This document shows positions 49,381-61,907 of a DNA stretch of 64,000 nt, piece after piece (position 1 is the stretch's first letter; each line of letters begins with the position of its first letter). The stretch spans positions 61,628,001-61,692,000 of the forward strand of contig OZ024746.1 in the NCBI GenBank assembly GCA_964016885.1, written 5' to 3'. The DNA is from Eledone cirrhosa. Taxonomy: Eukaryota. Below the pieces are notes generated by a model. That model had not been told where the DNA came from. It worked only from the letters and a program-made list of their open reading frames with translations, and did no database searches. Made by a program: the position numbers and the translations under genes.

Positions 49381-49533
49381 TATGTATGTATATATATATA
49401 TGTATGTATATATATATATATATGTATGTATATATATATATATATGTATGTATATATATATGTATGTATATGTATGTATATATATATGTATGTATATGTA
49501 TGTATATATATATATATGTATATGTATATATAA

Positions 49534-49565
<32 letters not shown>

Positions 49566-49616
49566 ATAAATATATGTATATGTATGTATATATATATATA
49601 TAAATATATGTATATG

Positions 49617-49652
<36 letters not shown>

Positions 49653-49662
49653 TATGTATATG

Positions 49663-49734
<72 letters not shown>

Positions 49735-49833
49735 TATGTGTATGTATATATATATATATACACATATATATGTATATATATATATAAATATATGTGTATA
49801 TATATATACACACATATATATATATATATATAT
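46840..49833. repeat. ~3 kb compound microsatellite region, mainly (TA)n-TGTA, main tract 47977-49833
   Basis: Seen directly; interrupted by SINE tails (46961, 47941) and a truncated hammerhead-like repeat (47491-47555). Confidence 0.97.
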
Positions 49834-50704
49834 AATGCATGTGTGTATTGTGTGATCAATTGGTGTCCAGTACATTGCCAAGTTGCTCTCCAGCCCCTGC
49901 ACAGAGACTGACTTATTGGTTGGGCAGGGAATCTATTTAAAGCACATGCCATCTGTACATTTTTTTTTTGACTGTTTTTATATTATATCATTACTACTAC
50001 TACTACTATTATCATTAATACTGCTCCTACTAATATCCTTACTATAATGAGTTATAATTATTATACTTATGATTCCTAGCATTACATTAACATTATAAAC
50101 ATCTATTGTTGATATTATTATTACTATTATTATTATCATTATATTGATTGTGGTGGTGTCAGGGTGCAGGAATTAGTACTCTGTAAACTATTTGAAATTC
50201 TTTTCAACCCTGTCACTAATGTCCTTGGGAAAGGCATGAATGTCACAAGTTATCCCTGTATATCTGAGGCTGTATGTCCTATGTAAGAAATAATTACCAT
50301 CATTGCTATTATTATTATAATTATTATTATTATTATGTAATTACTCTGTGGAAAATTAAGAAAAACATTGTTATAACAATTATTATTATTATTAATATTA
50401 TTGTAATTATAATGCTACTCTAATACCTGTAGTTGTATTGTCAACGCACCTCCCCATTGGTCAATATGACTATGGAATGTCTTTGCTTTATTACCTTAGG
50501 TAATAAAAAATTATTAAAAAAACAACAAAAATAAAACTTGAGCCTTCTGTGTTTTTTCATACCTCTTCCATAATGTTTATTATTTGCATGTACTTAAGTC
50601 TTTGAAGAGACTGTTGTTTAACCCCAGAACAGCAATGTTCCAGTAGACCCATCCATGACCAAAGGATTTCAAACCATAATCAGCTTATCTCTCTTATGTT
50701 TACA

Positions 50705-51247
50705 CTAGGTGATGTACCTGGCTTCACCCAGGAGAGCAGTCACAAGTAGATAGATAAAAGAGAAAACGACTGTATTGGATGTGTTGTCTGGTATGAAGTG
50801 AGACCGTAATGTGTGTGTGAGGGACATAAAAAAGAAAACTTCCTTATTAGGCTGGGGGAGTAAACTGCCGATTAAATGGTAGCATTGGCCTTGGAGTTTA
50901 AATGTTGTGAAATAACCAGTCAGTATGATCTTTTTCAGCTCCAAAGGACGTCATCTGAAACACAGCAATATACCGCATAACATTGCTTCTGAAGTGTTGT
51001 TTCGTTAGTACGGACTGTAAGTAGTATATTGATAAAAGCTGGAGGGTTGATTAATTTCAAATAGGATCAACTTTTCTTTGGTTCTGTAAAATGACTTTAT
51101 AAAAGCTAATGCAATATTGTTAAACCTTCAACTGATACTGTTGAGGGATGTCACTCTCTCTCTCTCTCTTTAGATGTGTGTGTGTGTGTAGTTGTCATGT
51201 GATTCAACCAGCCAATAAACACCTTTCTTTCATATTATATATATAGA
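50705..51247 (-). mobile_element. Complete non-autonomous Helitron, 543 bp, with a Rep/helicase remnant
   Basis: Minus strand begins A|TCTATATATATAA and ends with hairpin CCTGG-GTGAAG-CCAGG, 8 nt, then CTAG|T. The interior encodes FQMTSFGA and TFKLQGQCYHLIGSLLP. Confidence 0.88.
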
Positions 51248-51794
51248 TGGTGAAATATGTCAAGTCTCATTTTTTCAGTGGTAGTAAGTAGGCAGGATTT
51301 GAACTCAGAACACAGATCTGGAACAGATATCACCACATATCCTGACTAGTGAATGTTCAAACAATTTTTCCAGTGACAGTAAGTTGTCAGGATTTGAACT
51401 GAGAACACATAGTTGTAACATATCACAAAGCACCTTGTCCGTGCTCCAACAATTCTATTAATCCACAGAAAGTTTATCAATCACGAAAGGCAAAAGTGAC
51501 CGTGGCAAGATATTTGAACTCAGAGCAGGTTAAAACAAATTTCACAAAAGATAAGTTGATCAAGGTTTGAAAATAAAATGGAGGGAGGGGGTCAATTTAT
51601 ATATGTCATCTAACAATATGTTGATTAGCTGCATTGGCTTATAAATAAGATTGGGATTTTTACCCATTTCTCAATCATAAAACAGGGCGCTTATACTTGA
51701 GTACATACGGTAATGTAATAACTCTGCCAATTCACTGATTTTAAAACAGATCGTGAAGGTGTCATGACAAAAAGCCCTCAGCCCACACTCTAAC

Positions 51795-52025
51795 GTGGAT
51801 GTGTAAAAGACACGGCAAAAAGCACCCAGTAAAGTGGATGGGTAAAAGACACGGCAAAAAGCACCCAGTAAAGTGGATGGGTAAAAGACACGGCAAAAAG
51901 CACCCAGTAAAGTGGATGGGTAAAAGACACGGCAAAAAGCACCCAGTAAAGTGGATGGGTAAAAGACACGGCAAAAAGCACCCAGTAAAGTGGATGGGTA
52001 AAAGACACGGCAAAAATCACCCAGC
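51795..52025 (+). repeat. 39-bp minisatellite, ~6 near-identical copies, at the front of a family C SINE
   Basis: GTGGATGGGTAAAAGACACGGCAAAAAGCACCCAGTAAA at 51795, 51834, 51873, 51912, 51951 and 51990. Confidence 0.95.
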
Positions 52026-54015
52026 ACACACTGTAAATGTGGTTGGCATTAGGAAGGGCATCCAGCCGACACTGTAAAGTAGACGTTTAAAAGAACATGG
52101 CAAAAAGCACTAAGCACACACTAAATGTAGTTGGCATTAGGAAGGGCACCCAGCCGTAGATAACCAGCCAGAAACTCTCCTATATGATCAAGACATGGTC
52201 ACCCAACCCAACTTGCCTCTAAATAGGACAAACCCGTCTGACCCATGCTAGCGTGTAAGATAGACATTAATCGTTAATATGTTATGTGTGATTTATGAGT
52301 ATTTGCTGCTATTGCTAAGAGATCCAGTGACCAAGAAGAGGCTCCTTTCTTGGCTTGTTCAAGGAACAGTAGAATATCTGTGAGTGATAATAATGGTTTT
52401 ACACAAGAGAATATCAGTGAACAATGGTTTCACTACTAGATAATGAACTAGATCAATCTTGGGCTCATCATGGTGTAGATAACAATTATTATAAATATTA
52501 TGTTCTCTTGATTTCAGTGTTGAGTATTATAGTTGTCCAGTCATTTAATTAGCATGTAAATGGCTGAGTATTCCACAGATTGTTCGCTCTGATCGATCAA
52601 CAAGATCCCAGAGCTCATTCGCTTGCCAAGTGGAGTGGACCTCATCAAATCAGACTACGGAAACTTTGTTTCCATTGCTTATACTCTCTACTGGTTGCAA
52701 CTCCTGGCAGAAGGATCAATGTGAAATAAAGTGTCTTGCTCAAGGACACGATACATACTTAATCCTTTTGTTACTGTATTTCTAATGAAATATACTATGT
52801 CATCGATTCATTTTGAAAATTAATCAAGATCTCTGGCATTATGCTGTACAGCCGAAGACCCACCTTCTCATGTACACAGGATGAAACAAACACAGAGTAC
52901 ACTAGTCTGCACCAATCTTCTTCCTACCCCTCCCCAGTCATAATACCCCCCCCCCCCACACACACACAACTAAATATCCCACACCTTATCCATGCCCAAC
53001 CTGCATACATGTTCCCCTCCCCTCCAAGCCCTATCTTTCACATCTCCTGTTCGACATGCCCCACATCTACTCTCTCACAATGCTGTTGTCATGACAAAGA
53101 ACACACAATCCATCTTGTAAGGTGATAGGGCTGGTGCCGCAATAAAAATAAGCACCCAGTCCACCTTGTAAGAGGGGTCATACAGGTGCTATGACAAAAA
53201 GGCACCAAATTTACCTTGTAAAGTGGTCGTGCTGGTGGCATGATGAAAAGCACCCAGTAAGGTGGTCATGCTGATTACATAATGAAAAGCACCGTGTTCA
53301 TCCTAGTACCCTAATAAAAAGCACCCAGTCCACACTACAACCTAGTTGACATTAGGAAGATCATTCAGCCATAGAAACCAAGGCAGAAACAGTTCCATAT
53401 GAGCAAGACATGGTTACCTGACCTGATTTAAACTGGTGAAACACAAACAGTTTCTGTCCTAATTTCACACAAGGTATTAGTCAACTTGAGGCTGTAGTAG
53501 AAGACACTTGCCCAAGATGCTACACATTCGGATCAAATACTGAATTATGTGGTTACAAGCAAACTTTGTAACCACACAGCCATGCCTACACCTTAATAAC
53601 AAACCGAAATAATCATCTTTTAGAAAAAAGGAAGAAAAACTCGGGTACATTTCATGAAACACCAATATTTTACTTCAGTGGTAAGAAGGAATTGAGAAAT
53701 AAAATTTACAATTCTTGGACATAGCTTTGTCAGATGATTATAAAACAATAAAATGCATCTATTCAATAATGTATGTTAGCTTTTTTGTTTAATGAATGTT
53801 TAAATCAAATTTGTTAGTAAATTACCCCTTTGTCACATTTATACATGAAAAATAAACACTTTTTCGATTTTGTCTTTAATTATGAAAAAGTAACTAAAAT
53901 ATAAGATGCATATTTCACTGGAATCACAAGCTAGAGGAAAATTTCGATGATTTCCATCAGCCTGTTAGTTTGGCTTAACTGGTGGCAGATGTTTGAAATA
54001 TCTGAGTTTTGGAAG

Positions 54016-54093
54016 CTACATTGTTTGGTCAGACAGATTTTTCAGATTGCGACGGAGTTTTAATGGAACAAGATCTAAAGGAGTTTTTTCTTC
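54016..54093 (-). CDS. PSMD10: 26S proteasome non-ATPase regulatory subunit 10 (gankyrin), exon 6 (last)
   Basis: Acceptor TTTCAG; encodes EEKTPLDLVPLKLRRNLKNLSDQTM* (TAG at 54016-54018). Candidate ATTAAA signals lie downstream near 53875 and 53788. Confidence 0.88.
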   Translation of the reverse strand, partial: EEKTPLDLVPLKLRRNLKNLSDQTM

Positions 54094-54486
54094 CTGAAAA
54101 GATTAAAAAACAGAAAGGTTTATGAATAATATATAATAACAAGCAGAAGCGAAAAATATTGAGGCTGTTGTATCAACTGAAATTAGTCATCCTAGGTAGA
54201 TCAAGTATATAATCTATATGATATCTAAGGTGAGATATCTGTGGTAGTTATAACAATCATCATTGTTTTTATGCCTGCATTTTTATGCTGGTATGGGTTG
54301 GACAATATTTATTTTTGAGACAGTATTCTATGACTGGATGTCCTTTATGATGCCAACACTTGATTTTCTTTTAAAAAGAAAGCTACTTTATACTTTATTC
54401 CACTGATCTTCTCACATAGAGCCTCAGAACTGCAGGACATAAATATCACAGTAGCTAATCAATATGAACACGCACACACAAACATA

Positions 54487-54610
54487 CAAGGTGAGTCAGA
54501 AAAGAAACAGGACTGTGGGCATAAAAAAACATATTTCAAGTCCAAACTACAAGTTTTTCTCTTCAAAATAATCCAGCTCAAGTCTAATTACATATTTTTC
54601 AGTCAATGAT
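54487..54610 (-). mobile_element. Decayed mariner-like transposon end
   Basis: TACAAGGTGAGTCAGAAAAG terminus; the minus strand has a ..RLELDYFEEK-like transposase C-terminus. Confidence 0.4.
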
Positions 54611-54712
54611 TTCATAAAAACTATTTACAGCATCAGTAATGACCTTCAACCATTCAACATTTTCTACCTATGTATGTATTGCAAATTAGAAAAGAACAAA
54701 ATAGCTATTTAC

Positions 54713-54794
54713 TTTGTTTAAGATTGTCAAAAGAGCTCCGTTTTTGACCAGCATGTATGCCACCTCAGCTCGCTCTTCTTCACATGCTAGATGT
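54713..54794 (-). CDS. PSMD10: Gankyrin exon 5
   Basis: AG/GT bounded, 82 nt; encodes (L)HLACEEERAEVAYMLVKNGALLTILNK. Confidence 0.93.
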
Positions 54795-54850
54795 CTGAAA
54801 TATTAAAGAAAATACATTCTCAACACTGTTTTCTTTATGATAAAATTAAT

Positions 54851-55040
54851 TGTTTCTACTTTTGGCACAAGGCCAGCAATTACCCAGTACATTACTGGTA
54901 CTTTATTTTATCGACCCCGTAAGGATGAAAGGCAAAGTTAACCTTGGAGGGATTTGAACTCAGTCCGTAAAGGGACGTAACTCTATGCTAGATAGCATGG
55001 CGGCCGACCCTCTACTGATACTGCCAATCCACTGCCCTAC
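54851..55040 (-). mobile_element. Family A SINE with a perfect 19-bp target-site duplication
   Basis: TCTTTATGATAAAATTAAT at 54832-54850 and 55065-55083; B box GAGTTCAAATCC on the minus strand. Confidence 0.85.
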
Positions 55041-55673
55041 TTTAAAAAAAAAAAATCAAAAAAATCTTTATGATAAAATTAATAAACAGAAATATGACTT
55101 TGAAAACATTGAAATACAGTAGTTTCTATGTCGACTTATCCATGCTGGCATAGGTTGGATGGCAGTTTTTTGAGGTAATGTTTTACAGCTGGATGCCCTT
55201 TCTGATACCAACCCAATTAGTCACTGCTTACGACACAGGGATATGGTGAATATTCTAAACCAAAATTTTTTCTTTCTTTATGGCCATATGGTTAAGAGGT
55301 TTTCTTCACAACTGCATGGCATCTTGGGCAAATGTTTTCTACTATAACTTCAGGCTGACCATTGCCTTGTGAGCAAATTTGGTAGGCAGAAACTGTATGG
55401 GAACCTATTTTTATAAACACACACACTCACATGTATTATATATATGTGTGAGAGAAGCTGTGTACATCACCATATTGAAAGCAAGTAGTGACATTTGTTT
55501 ATGTCCATGATAAACTATACACCCCAATAGTTTGATGATTGTTAGTGAAGTATATCACTTACAATATCATCTGACTATTGAAAACTGCCTCATAAAATTC
55601 TTGTCCAACCCATGCCAACATAGAAAACAAGACATAGAAATAATGATGATGATAATGATTTCCCATCCTTTAA

Positions 55674-55879
55674 CCCTTTAGCATTCAAACTGGCCATATC
55701 CATCCAGAATTCGCTTGCATCTTCTGTTCAAACTGGTTATAACTTGCCATAATGTTTTGTTCTTAAATAAATAATATCAAAATCTCATAAATTTGATATT
55801 ATGTGAGATAATTATGTAAGATAAAGCCTTTACTGTGAAAATACAATAGTATATATAGAATAATGCAAATGCTAAAGGA
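55674..55879. mobile_element. piggyBac-like MITE family 1 (opposite orientation to 16244 and 38674)
   Basis: TTAA|CCCTTTAGCATT ... AAATGCTAAAGGA|TTAA. Confidence 0.8.
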
Positions 55880-56506
55880 TTAATGGAGAGGATGGTTTTG
55901 AAATTTGAAATTGTGAGAGCAGCTGTTATGTGTTTAGGGACACTTTCTAGCCTGGTCACTTGACTATGAAGCACCCAGTCCACCCTGTAAGTAGGGTTAT
56001 CCCCTATTTGGACATATTGCTTGATTGAGGTAAGCAGAATCTGATTATATTTTTAGTACCAAATCCACCCTGTAAGGTAGCCATGCTGGTGATATGACAA
56101 AAAGCACCCAGCTCACTTTGTAAGGTAGTTGTGCTGGTGACATGACAAAAGGTATCCAATCCACCCTGTCAGATGGTTGTTTTTGTGCCAGTCCATACTG
56201 TAAGGTAGTTGGCATTAGGATATCTAAATATCTTGGTAATAATTATTAAAAATAATTTTTAAACTGTGACAGAGTGATCTAAGAATCTGAGGTAGCAGAA
56301 ACATAAAAATATGGCTTTTAAAGAAAAAATCTATTTCTTTACGGTGGAACTATATGAATACCAACTTCCATTTGTGATATTAACTAAAATCAACTGAGAC
56401 ATGGAACTGGCTCATGTAACAGAGTCATGGTATCAAGCCTGCTAACTTACAATGCTGAGGGCAAATGTTGCTAGCAATGTTTTATCTACTTTCACAAATA
56501 TTTTAA

Positions 56507-56714
56507 CCCTTTAGCATTTAAACCAGTTGTATCTGGCCAGTATTCTCTCACCTATTTCTGGTCAAACCGGTCATAACTAGCCACTCATACTGATGTTAAG
56601 GTATTGTTCTCAAAATAAATAATATGAAAATCTCATAAATTCGATATTATGTGAGGTAAAGCCTTTACTATGAAAATATAATAGTAAATATAGAGTAATG
56701 TAAATGCTAAAAGG
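56507..56714. mobile_element. piggyBac-like MITE family 1
   Basis: TTAA|CCCTTTAGCATTT ... AAATGCTAAAAGG|TTAA. Confidence 0.8.
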
Positions 56715-56840
56715 TTAAAGAACAATCCATAAGTAAATACAATAAACAGTTAGCAGAGAAACAAGATATTCACATCTTCCTCCATGTGATGTTCAAAATG
56801 AATTAATGGAGCAATGTATCTAAAAACATGTAAAACTTAC

Positions 56841-57007
56841 AGTGGTGAGTTGCCTTCTTTATCTGCATAGTTCACATTAGCTTTGTGCTGTAAAAGCAAA
56901 GCAACAATATTTTTGTGACCTTTTGAAGCTCCTCGGTGCAGAGGAGTGTTGCCCATCCAGTCAGCTATGTTAGCATCAGCCTTATTGTTCAACAAACATT
57001 CAGCTAT
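56841..57007 (-). CDS. PSMD10: Gankyrin exon 4
   Basis: AG/GT bounded, 167 nt; encodes ankyrin repeats IAECLLNNKADANIADWMGNTPLHRGASKGHKNIVALLLQHKANVNYADKEGNSP(L). Confidence 0.95.
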
Positions 57008-57792
57008 CTTTTTAAAAGAAATCAAAAGTGGGTCATTTATTTGGAATTATTTTCAAGTTATATAATAAATACAATGGTTAAATCTCAAGCATTTCTCTAT
57101 AGATGATAGATACTTCATGACACATTATTCTTGTTTTCAGATCTCATCTGAATTCAACATCTCATAGATGTTTGTATTATCTATGGGTGTGAATTATAGG
57201 AATCAAGTGTCATTCAACAACCACAAACAACAGACTACACACATCAAGTAAACATACCTGTAACAGATGTTTACATAACACACAGCCAACTCTGCTTAAT
57301 CTCCCTATAAATGAGAAACAATAAGACAGGAAAACTATGAGGCATCCCCTTACTGTCTCAAAACATTGAAGTTACTTTTCTGATCACCAAAATATTTCAA
57401 CCTTAAATATCTGCTGATCTTATTATCTACTTCATGTTATTTTACAAATGAGAAAGTTCTTATAAATTGAACTATTTATATATGAATTGTTGGATCATCG
57501 AATGATACATCATCATCAACTAGACAAACTAATAAACACCTTACCTAGGAGCATAACCCAATCACCACAAAAGACAATGAGGATATCTCTATACAGTCAC
57601 TTGACCTGCTAGCAATGGCAATCAAAGCTCAGAAATAAAAAAGGCACACTATGCCTGGAAAAAGACAGTTTGATCATGGCATGACTGCTCAAGTTAATCT
57701 AGGACCAAACATCATCAACTACCCATTAGCTACAGGTGGACTGCCTCTATCAGCACTTCAATACCATCAGTTCATATTTGTCACATATAAGC

Positions 57793-58105
57793 CATGGGTC
57801 TCAAACTAAAGGACTCAAAACGGCCATTTTGTCTGGCGGGTAGAGGCACAGCAGACCAAAGTGAGATGAGGTGGTGGAGGCATGATTTCCAACAGTTATG
57901 ATGCTAATCTGATATGCTGCTATTTATTTATTATGGTTTTTCATCAAAATAACTACACATATGATAGTATGTGATATGTAAATTAATTCAAAATGTAGGG
58001 GGACAAATTTTCCTTAATTAATCATGAAAATTGTTCTGCTGCAAACCACAGAAAAGTAGTTTGGGGGTTGCACGTGGCCCATGAGCTGCATGTTTGATAG
58101 CTCTA
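57793..58105. mobile_element. hAT-type MITE
   Basis: CATGGGTCTCAAACT ... TGTTTGATAGCTCTA with 8-bp flanks ATATAAGC and ATATAAAC (7/8 identical). Confidence 0.55.
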
Positions 58106-58591
58106 ATATAAACTATCCATTCTACATGAGCAGAATTTGAAACCATAATCTTTGGCTTTGATACAGAGTAACCTTGTTACATCAACAGAAATCTTTCTGT
58201 CAATATCTGTAGGCAGAAGTGAAGCAGTGCCGTTCTCAAGAATTTAACAGGTTTCTTTGAGTAAAGCTAACATAGGTTATTCAATTGTAGTGGCGATAAT
58301 GACTCTGCTAATGTTTATGGCAACAATTACAGATATATCATCATGACAAGAGAAACAATGGAAGTCTCAACACAGCCATTTGAAATACTAGAAATAGCAG
58401 CCAAATCTCCTTCAAACCATATCCAATTATTAAAAAAAAAAGAAGGAAACACTGGATAATGTAGTATTAAACATACAATCAAAATGGGATGGTTGAGGTT
58501 CGAACATCTTTGATAAATGGCATCATAGATCATGTATAGATAACAGCTTTGGCTACATATATAAAATAAAATAGTGTAATAAATATATTAC

Positions 58592-58738
58592 TTCATATCT
58601 ATTCTTAGAGACTGCATAGTGTAAAGAACATTGGCCATTGATGTTGACAGCATTGATTTCAGCTCTACGGTGAATGAGACTGTTGACAATCTTTGGACGT
58701 CCAGCAGATACTGCTACCATCAGAGGTGTCCATCCAGA
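58592..58738 (-). CDS. PSMD10: Gankyrin exon 3
   Basis: AG/GT bounded, 147 nt; encodes SGWTPLMVAVSAGRPKIVNSLIHRRAEINAVNINGQCSLHYAVSKNRYE. Confidence 0.95.
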
Positions 58739-58866
58739 CTATTAATGGAAAAGAAAAAAAATATATAGATATCTTTCAATATATAGATAGTTAATAAAAC
58801 ATGCATTTGACATGTGTGTACTTGTGTATATACTTAAACACACACACATTTATAAACAAGTAAGTA

Positions 58867-58915
58867 ACTTATCTCTGATGAGCTCTTAATAAAAATTGAA
58901 ACTAGTCAGATCAGT
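58867..58915 (+). ncRNA. Penelope-type minimal hammerhead ribozyme motif, antisense in PSMD10 intron 2
   Basis: ACTTATCT-CTGATGA-16 nt-GAAA-CTAG-TC-AGATCAGT. Stem I pairs 7/8, stem III is the palindrome ACTAGT, the triplet is GUC; stem II pairs poorly. Confidence 0.6.
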
Positions 58916-59444
58916 CTCCTTTTTAAAGAAAGACTAAAAAGATGTGTTTACTAAAAACACATGCTACAGATATTCCAAATATAAGAAGCAAATGTAAAAC
59001 CTAGCAAAGACAATTATTTTAGTTAGTAACAAAGACTACAGCTATCTGCAGAAAAGAAGTATATATCTAACTATTGCTGGAAGCCCTTCTTAATGCTAAG
59101 CACTTTACAGCATGTACTGGGTGCTTTTCCTCTTGGCACCATACAGGATGGACTGCATGCTTTTTGTCATGGCACCAACATGATTATCTTATAGGGTGAA
59201 CTGGATGCTTTTTGGTGTGGTACCAGCCCCCCCCAGATGGTGTATTAGGTACTTTTTGTTTCGATACCAATATTACCACTAGACAGGTTGAACTGCATTA
59301 CGTCTGTATCTATTTTACTTCAGGCTTCTCTGTGACATAAAACATCTAACTACTTTTGCATTTATCTAAACATAACAAAACCATTACATAAGATAGAATG
59401 ATACTTCATTTATCCCTGGTGAAATTAAACAACAATTATATTAC

Positions 59445-59543
59445 CGCATCTTTAACCTCAACTGGTGTTCCAAGATCTAGAAGATAGTCTGATATTTCTG
59501 AGTGTCCATTTGAAACTGCCCAGTGTATTGGAAGTCGACCACT
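59445..59543 (-). CDS. PSMD10: Gankyrin exon 2
   Basis: AG/GT bounded, 99 nt; encodes SGRLPIHWAVSNGHSEISDYLLDLGTPVEVKDA. Confidence 0.93.
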
Positions 59544-59741
59544 CTGCAATGAAAATAGAAACAAGTCTCAAATACTCTCATATCACAGAAAAGAGATGTA
59601 AATATAGGAACCATTACATATACAAATAGTAGATGAAATATTAATGCTGGAGTTTTCTTTATCAGCAAATATAAATCTCTGCTAAAAGCTGATACATCAG
59701 CTAATTCAGCTTGAGCATCCATTATTATTAACCATCAGCAA

Positions 59742-59960
59742 GGGCAGTGGATTAGCAATATTGGTAGAGCTTCAGACAACATGATTTGCAGCATATAGTT
59801 ATGACCTTTTACATTCTGAGTTCAAATCCTGCCAAGGTTAGCTTCGCCTTTCATCCCGACGGGGGTCAATAAAATGAAGTACCAGTAACGTACCACTGTC
59901 AATTTAATCGACTTTCCCTTTCCCTTCAAATTGCTGGCCTAGAGCCTAAATCAGAAACAA
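59742..59960 (+). mobile_element. Family A SINE with an imperfect ~18-bp target-site duplication
   Basis: B box GAGTTCAAATCC; flanks ATTATTAACCATCAGCAA and ATTATTAACCACCACCAA. Confidence 0.8.
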
Positions 59961-61792
59961 TTATTAACCACCACCAAAACTATAACCAAGTAGTTAGCAA
60001 TTTAACAGACAACATAAGGTAGGATGGTTCTTCAGTCTTGTCAAGATGACAATCTCTCTAGAGCTGGTGCCATGATAAACTGATAAAGAATTAAAAGTTA
60101 TCTTATTTTATTGGAGGAGACTATAAAAGTCAGTGTGTTGTACATATTTTTTAAGGATCCTCTGAGAACTCCAATGATGAGTATTCTAGTTTTTTGATCA
60201 ACTGAACTAACCAATCAATGAATTACAGTATAAGTGACTGAGTTCTCCACTTAATATAATACTCAGGCAGGATCAGCATGACAATGTGCATTACATGGCT
60301 TGTCCTTTGAATTATAGATACAAGAGTTTCAGTCAACAGAAAGTAATGGCAATGTTAAAAGACACTTGCACATGGTGTTGTGTGATCAAACTTGTGACCC
60401 ACATGATTGTGAAATACCAAACACGTTTCTTATTCTGCTAGAAATCACACTCGACTCTCTTTAAAGACGCAGCAAAGATGAATGAGAATCACATCACAAT
60501 GTCTTGCGTTTGAACCTTTTGTTGTCAGCAGCGCCATAAATTTCTTCCATCCAGCCCTTATTTTTGTTTTATTGATAGTAGGAAGTATGCTGTTTTCTGT
60601 AGTTGTAGAAAGACTGAGGATCTAGGAAAGACTAGCATAATAATCTAAGACGGATCTAATGTTATTTTACAGCAGTTTCCCTTTCTTTGTGTTTATGAAC
60701 GATCTAAGAAGCTGTGTCTTTTTGTTTTCTTTACTATGTCTTCTCACAAGTACGCAAATAAATAGGTTAGATAAAACTCTACATACAATATATCGGAAAA
60801 GAAAAAATGACCCATAATTTCCAATAATATTACAGGTGGAAGTACATTACATATTAGAATTGTACCACAATCTTTGTACCTGTGTTTCTGAGTTTGAATT
60901 CCACAGGAATTTTAAAAACAAACCGATTTTAATTCGACTGATTATTTAGTTCTATTTGACAGCAAAGAACTTGTTTATTGTTATCAAATGGGAGACAGAA
61001 CTGTATTGATGATTCATGATACCTCCCCGTACAATATCTAGCAGTAGTCCAAATCCTGTTGAAGACGATTTTGTGTTCTATTTCATAAAATGTCTCGTGA
61101 TTACCCATAGATTATCCAGGATGATAGCTAATGTAAAAACCCCCACAAATTTTAGCAGGATCACCCAAAAGAACCAGAACCCCACCAGTTATCTTACAGA
61201 CCTGCCAACCTCTAAAAACACAAACGGGGAGTACCATGAAAAAAATTGCCCCAAAACGAGAAAGAAAAGACATCTCTGACCCAACATAAAAAGGGTGGGA
61301 GATCTCCCCGTTGGACGAGAATTTTCAGGTCTGAAAATATGATATGGAAAGACGTTCCGATCGAAGGTTTATCTCCAAAGAAATGTTAAACTGTTTAAGA
61401 GTGGAAAATAGACACTAAAATTTAAATAATAATAAGCAGACGTTAATGTGTGTTTTCATTCCGTAAGCTAGGAACAACATTATTCTGACAACTGCATACT
61501 TATGTTTTTATTAATCAGTATAATTATCACTCAATAGATTCGTGTAAAACCGAAGTGTATCTAGTTTGGATCTAAGCTCTATTCAGACTGGGGTCGATGA
61601 GATAAGTACCAGTAATATACCAAAGTCGATTAATTCATTCTCACAAAATTGTTTTTGTTGTTTAAGTCATTAGGCTACGAAACGCTTACTCATTCTAGAT
61701 TGTGACTCAGTGTCGACATCGCATCCTAACATACAGTTACCTCTTAATTATTGCATTTAGTGAGTGTCTTTAAAGCATTCTCAAACACTTAC

Positions 61793-61894
61793 CTCGTCTA
61801 CCTTCAACAATAAATCTTTGTTTTCATCTAGTCTTCTCTTCAATTCAATAAAATCTCCATTTATAACAACATCCCGTAGACAATCGCCGGCCAT
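61793..61894 (-). CDS. PSMD10: Gankyrin exon 1 (ATG at 61894)
   Basis: Encodes MAGDCLRDVVINGDFIELKRRLDENKDLLLKVDE, followed by a GTAAGT donor. The six exons splice in frame to 224 aa. Confidence 0.88.
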
Positions 61895-61907
61895 GCTTGT
61901 TTATTGA

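Noticed and set aside
51671-52077. Repetitive peptide ORFs such as (GAFCRVFYPSTLL)n
   Set aside because: Products of a 39-bp SINE-derived minisatellite; no splice or other gene evidence.
61686-61735. Minus-strand MLGCDVDTE followed by GTAAG, a possible PSMD10 exon
   Set aside because: The true exon 2 at 59445-59543 completes the ankyrin repeat in frame; this stretch lacks a proper acceptor.
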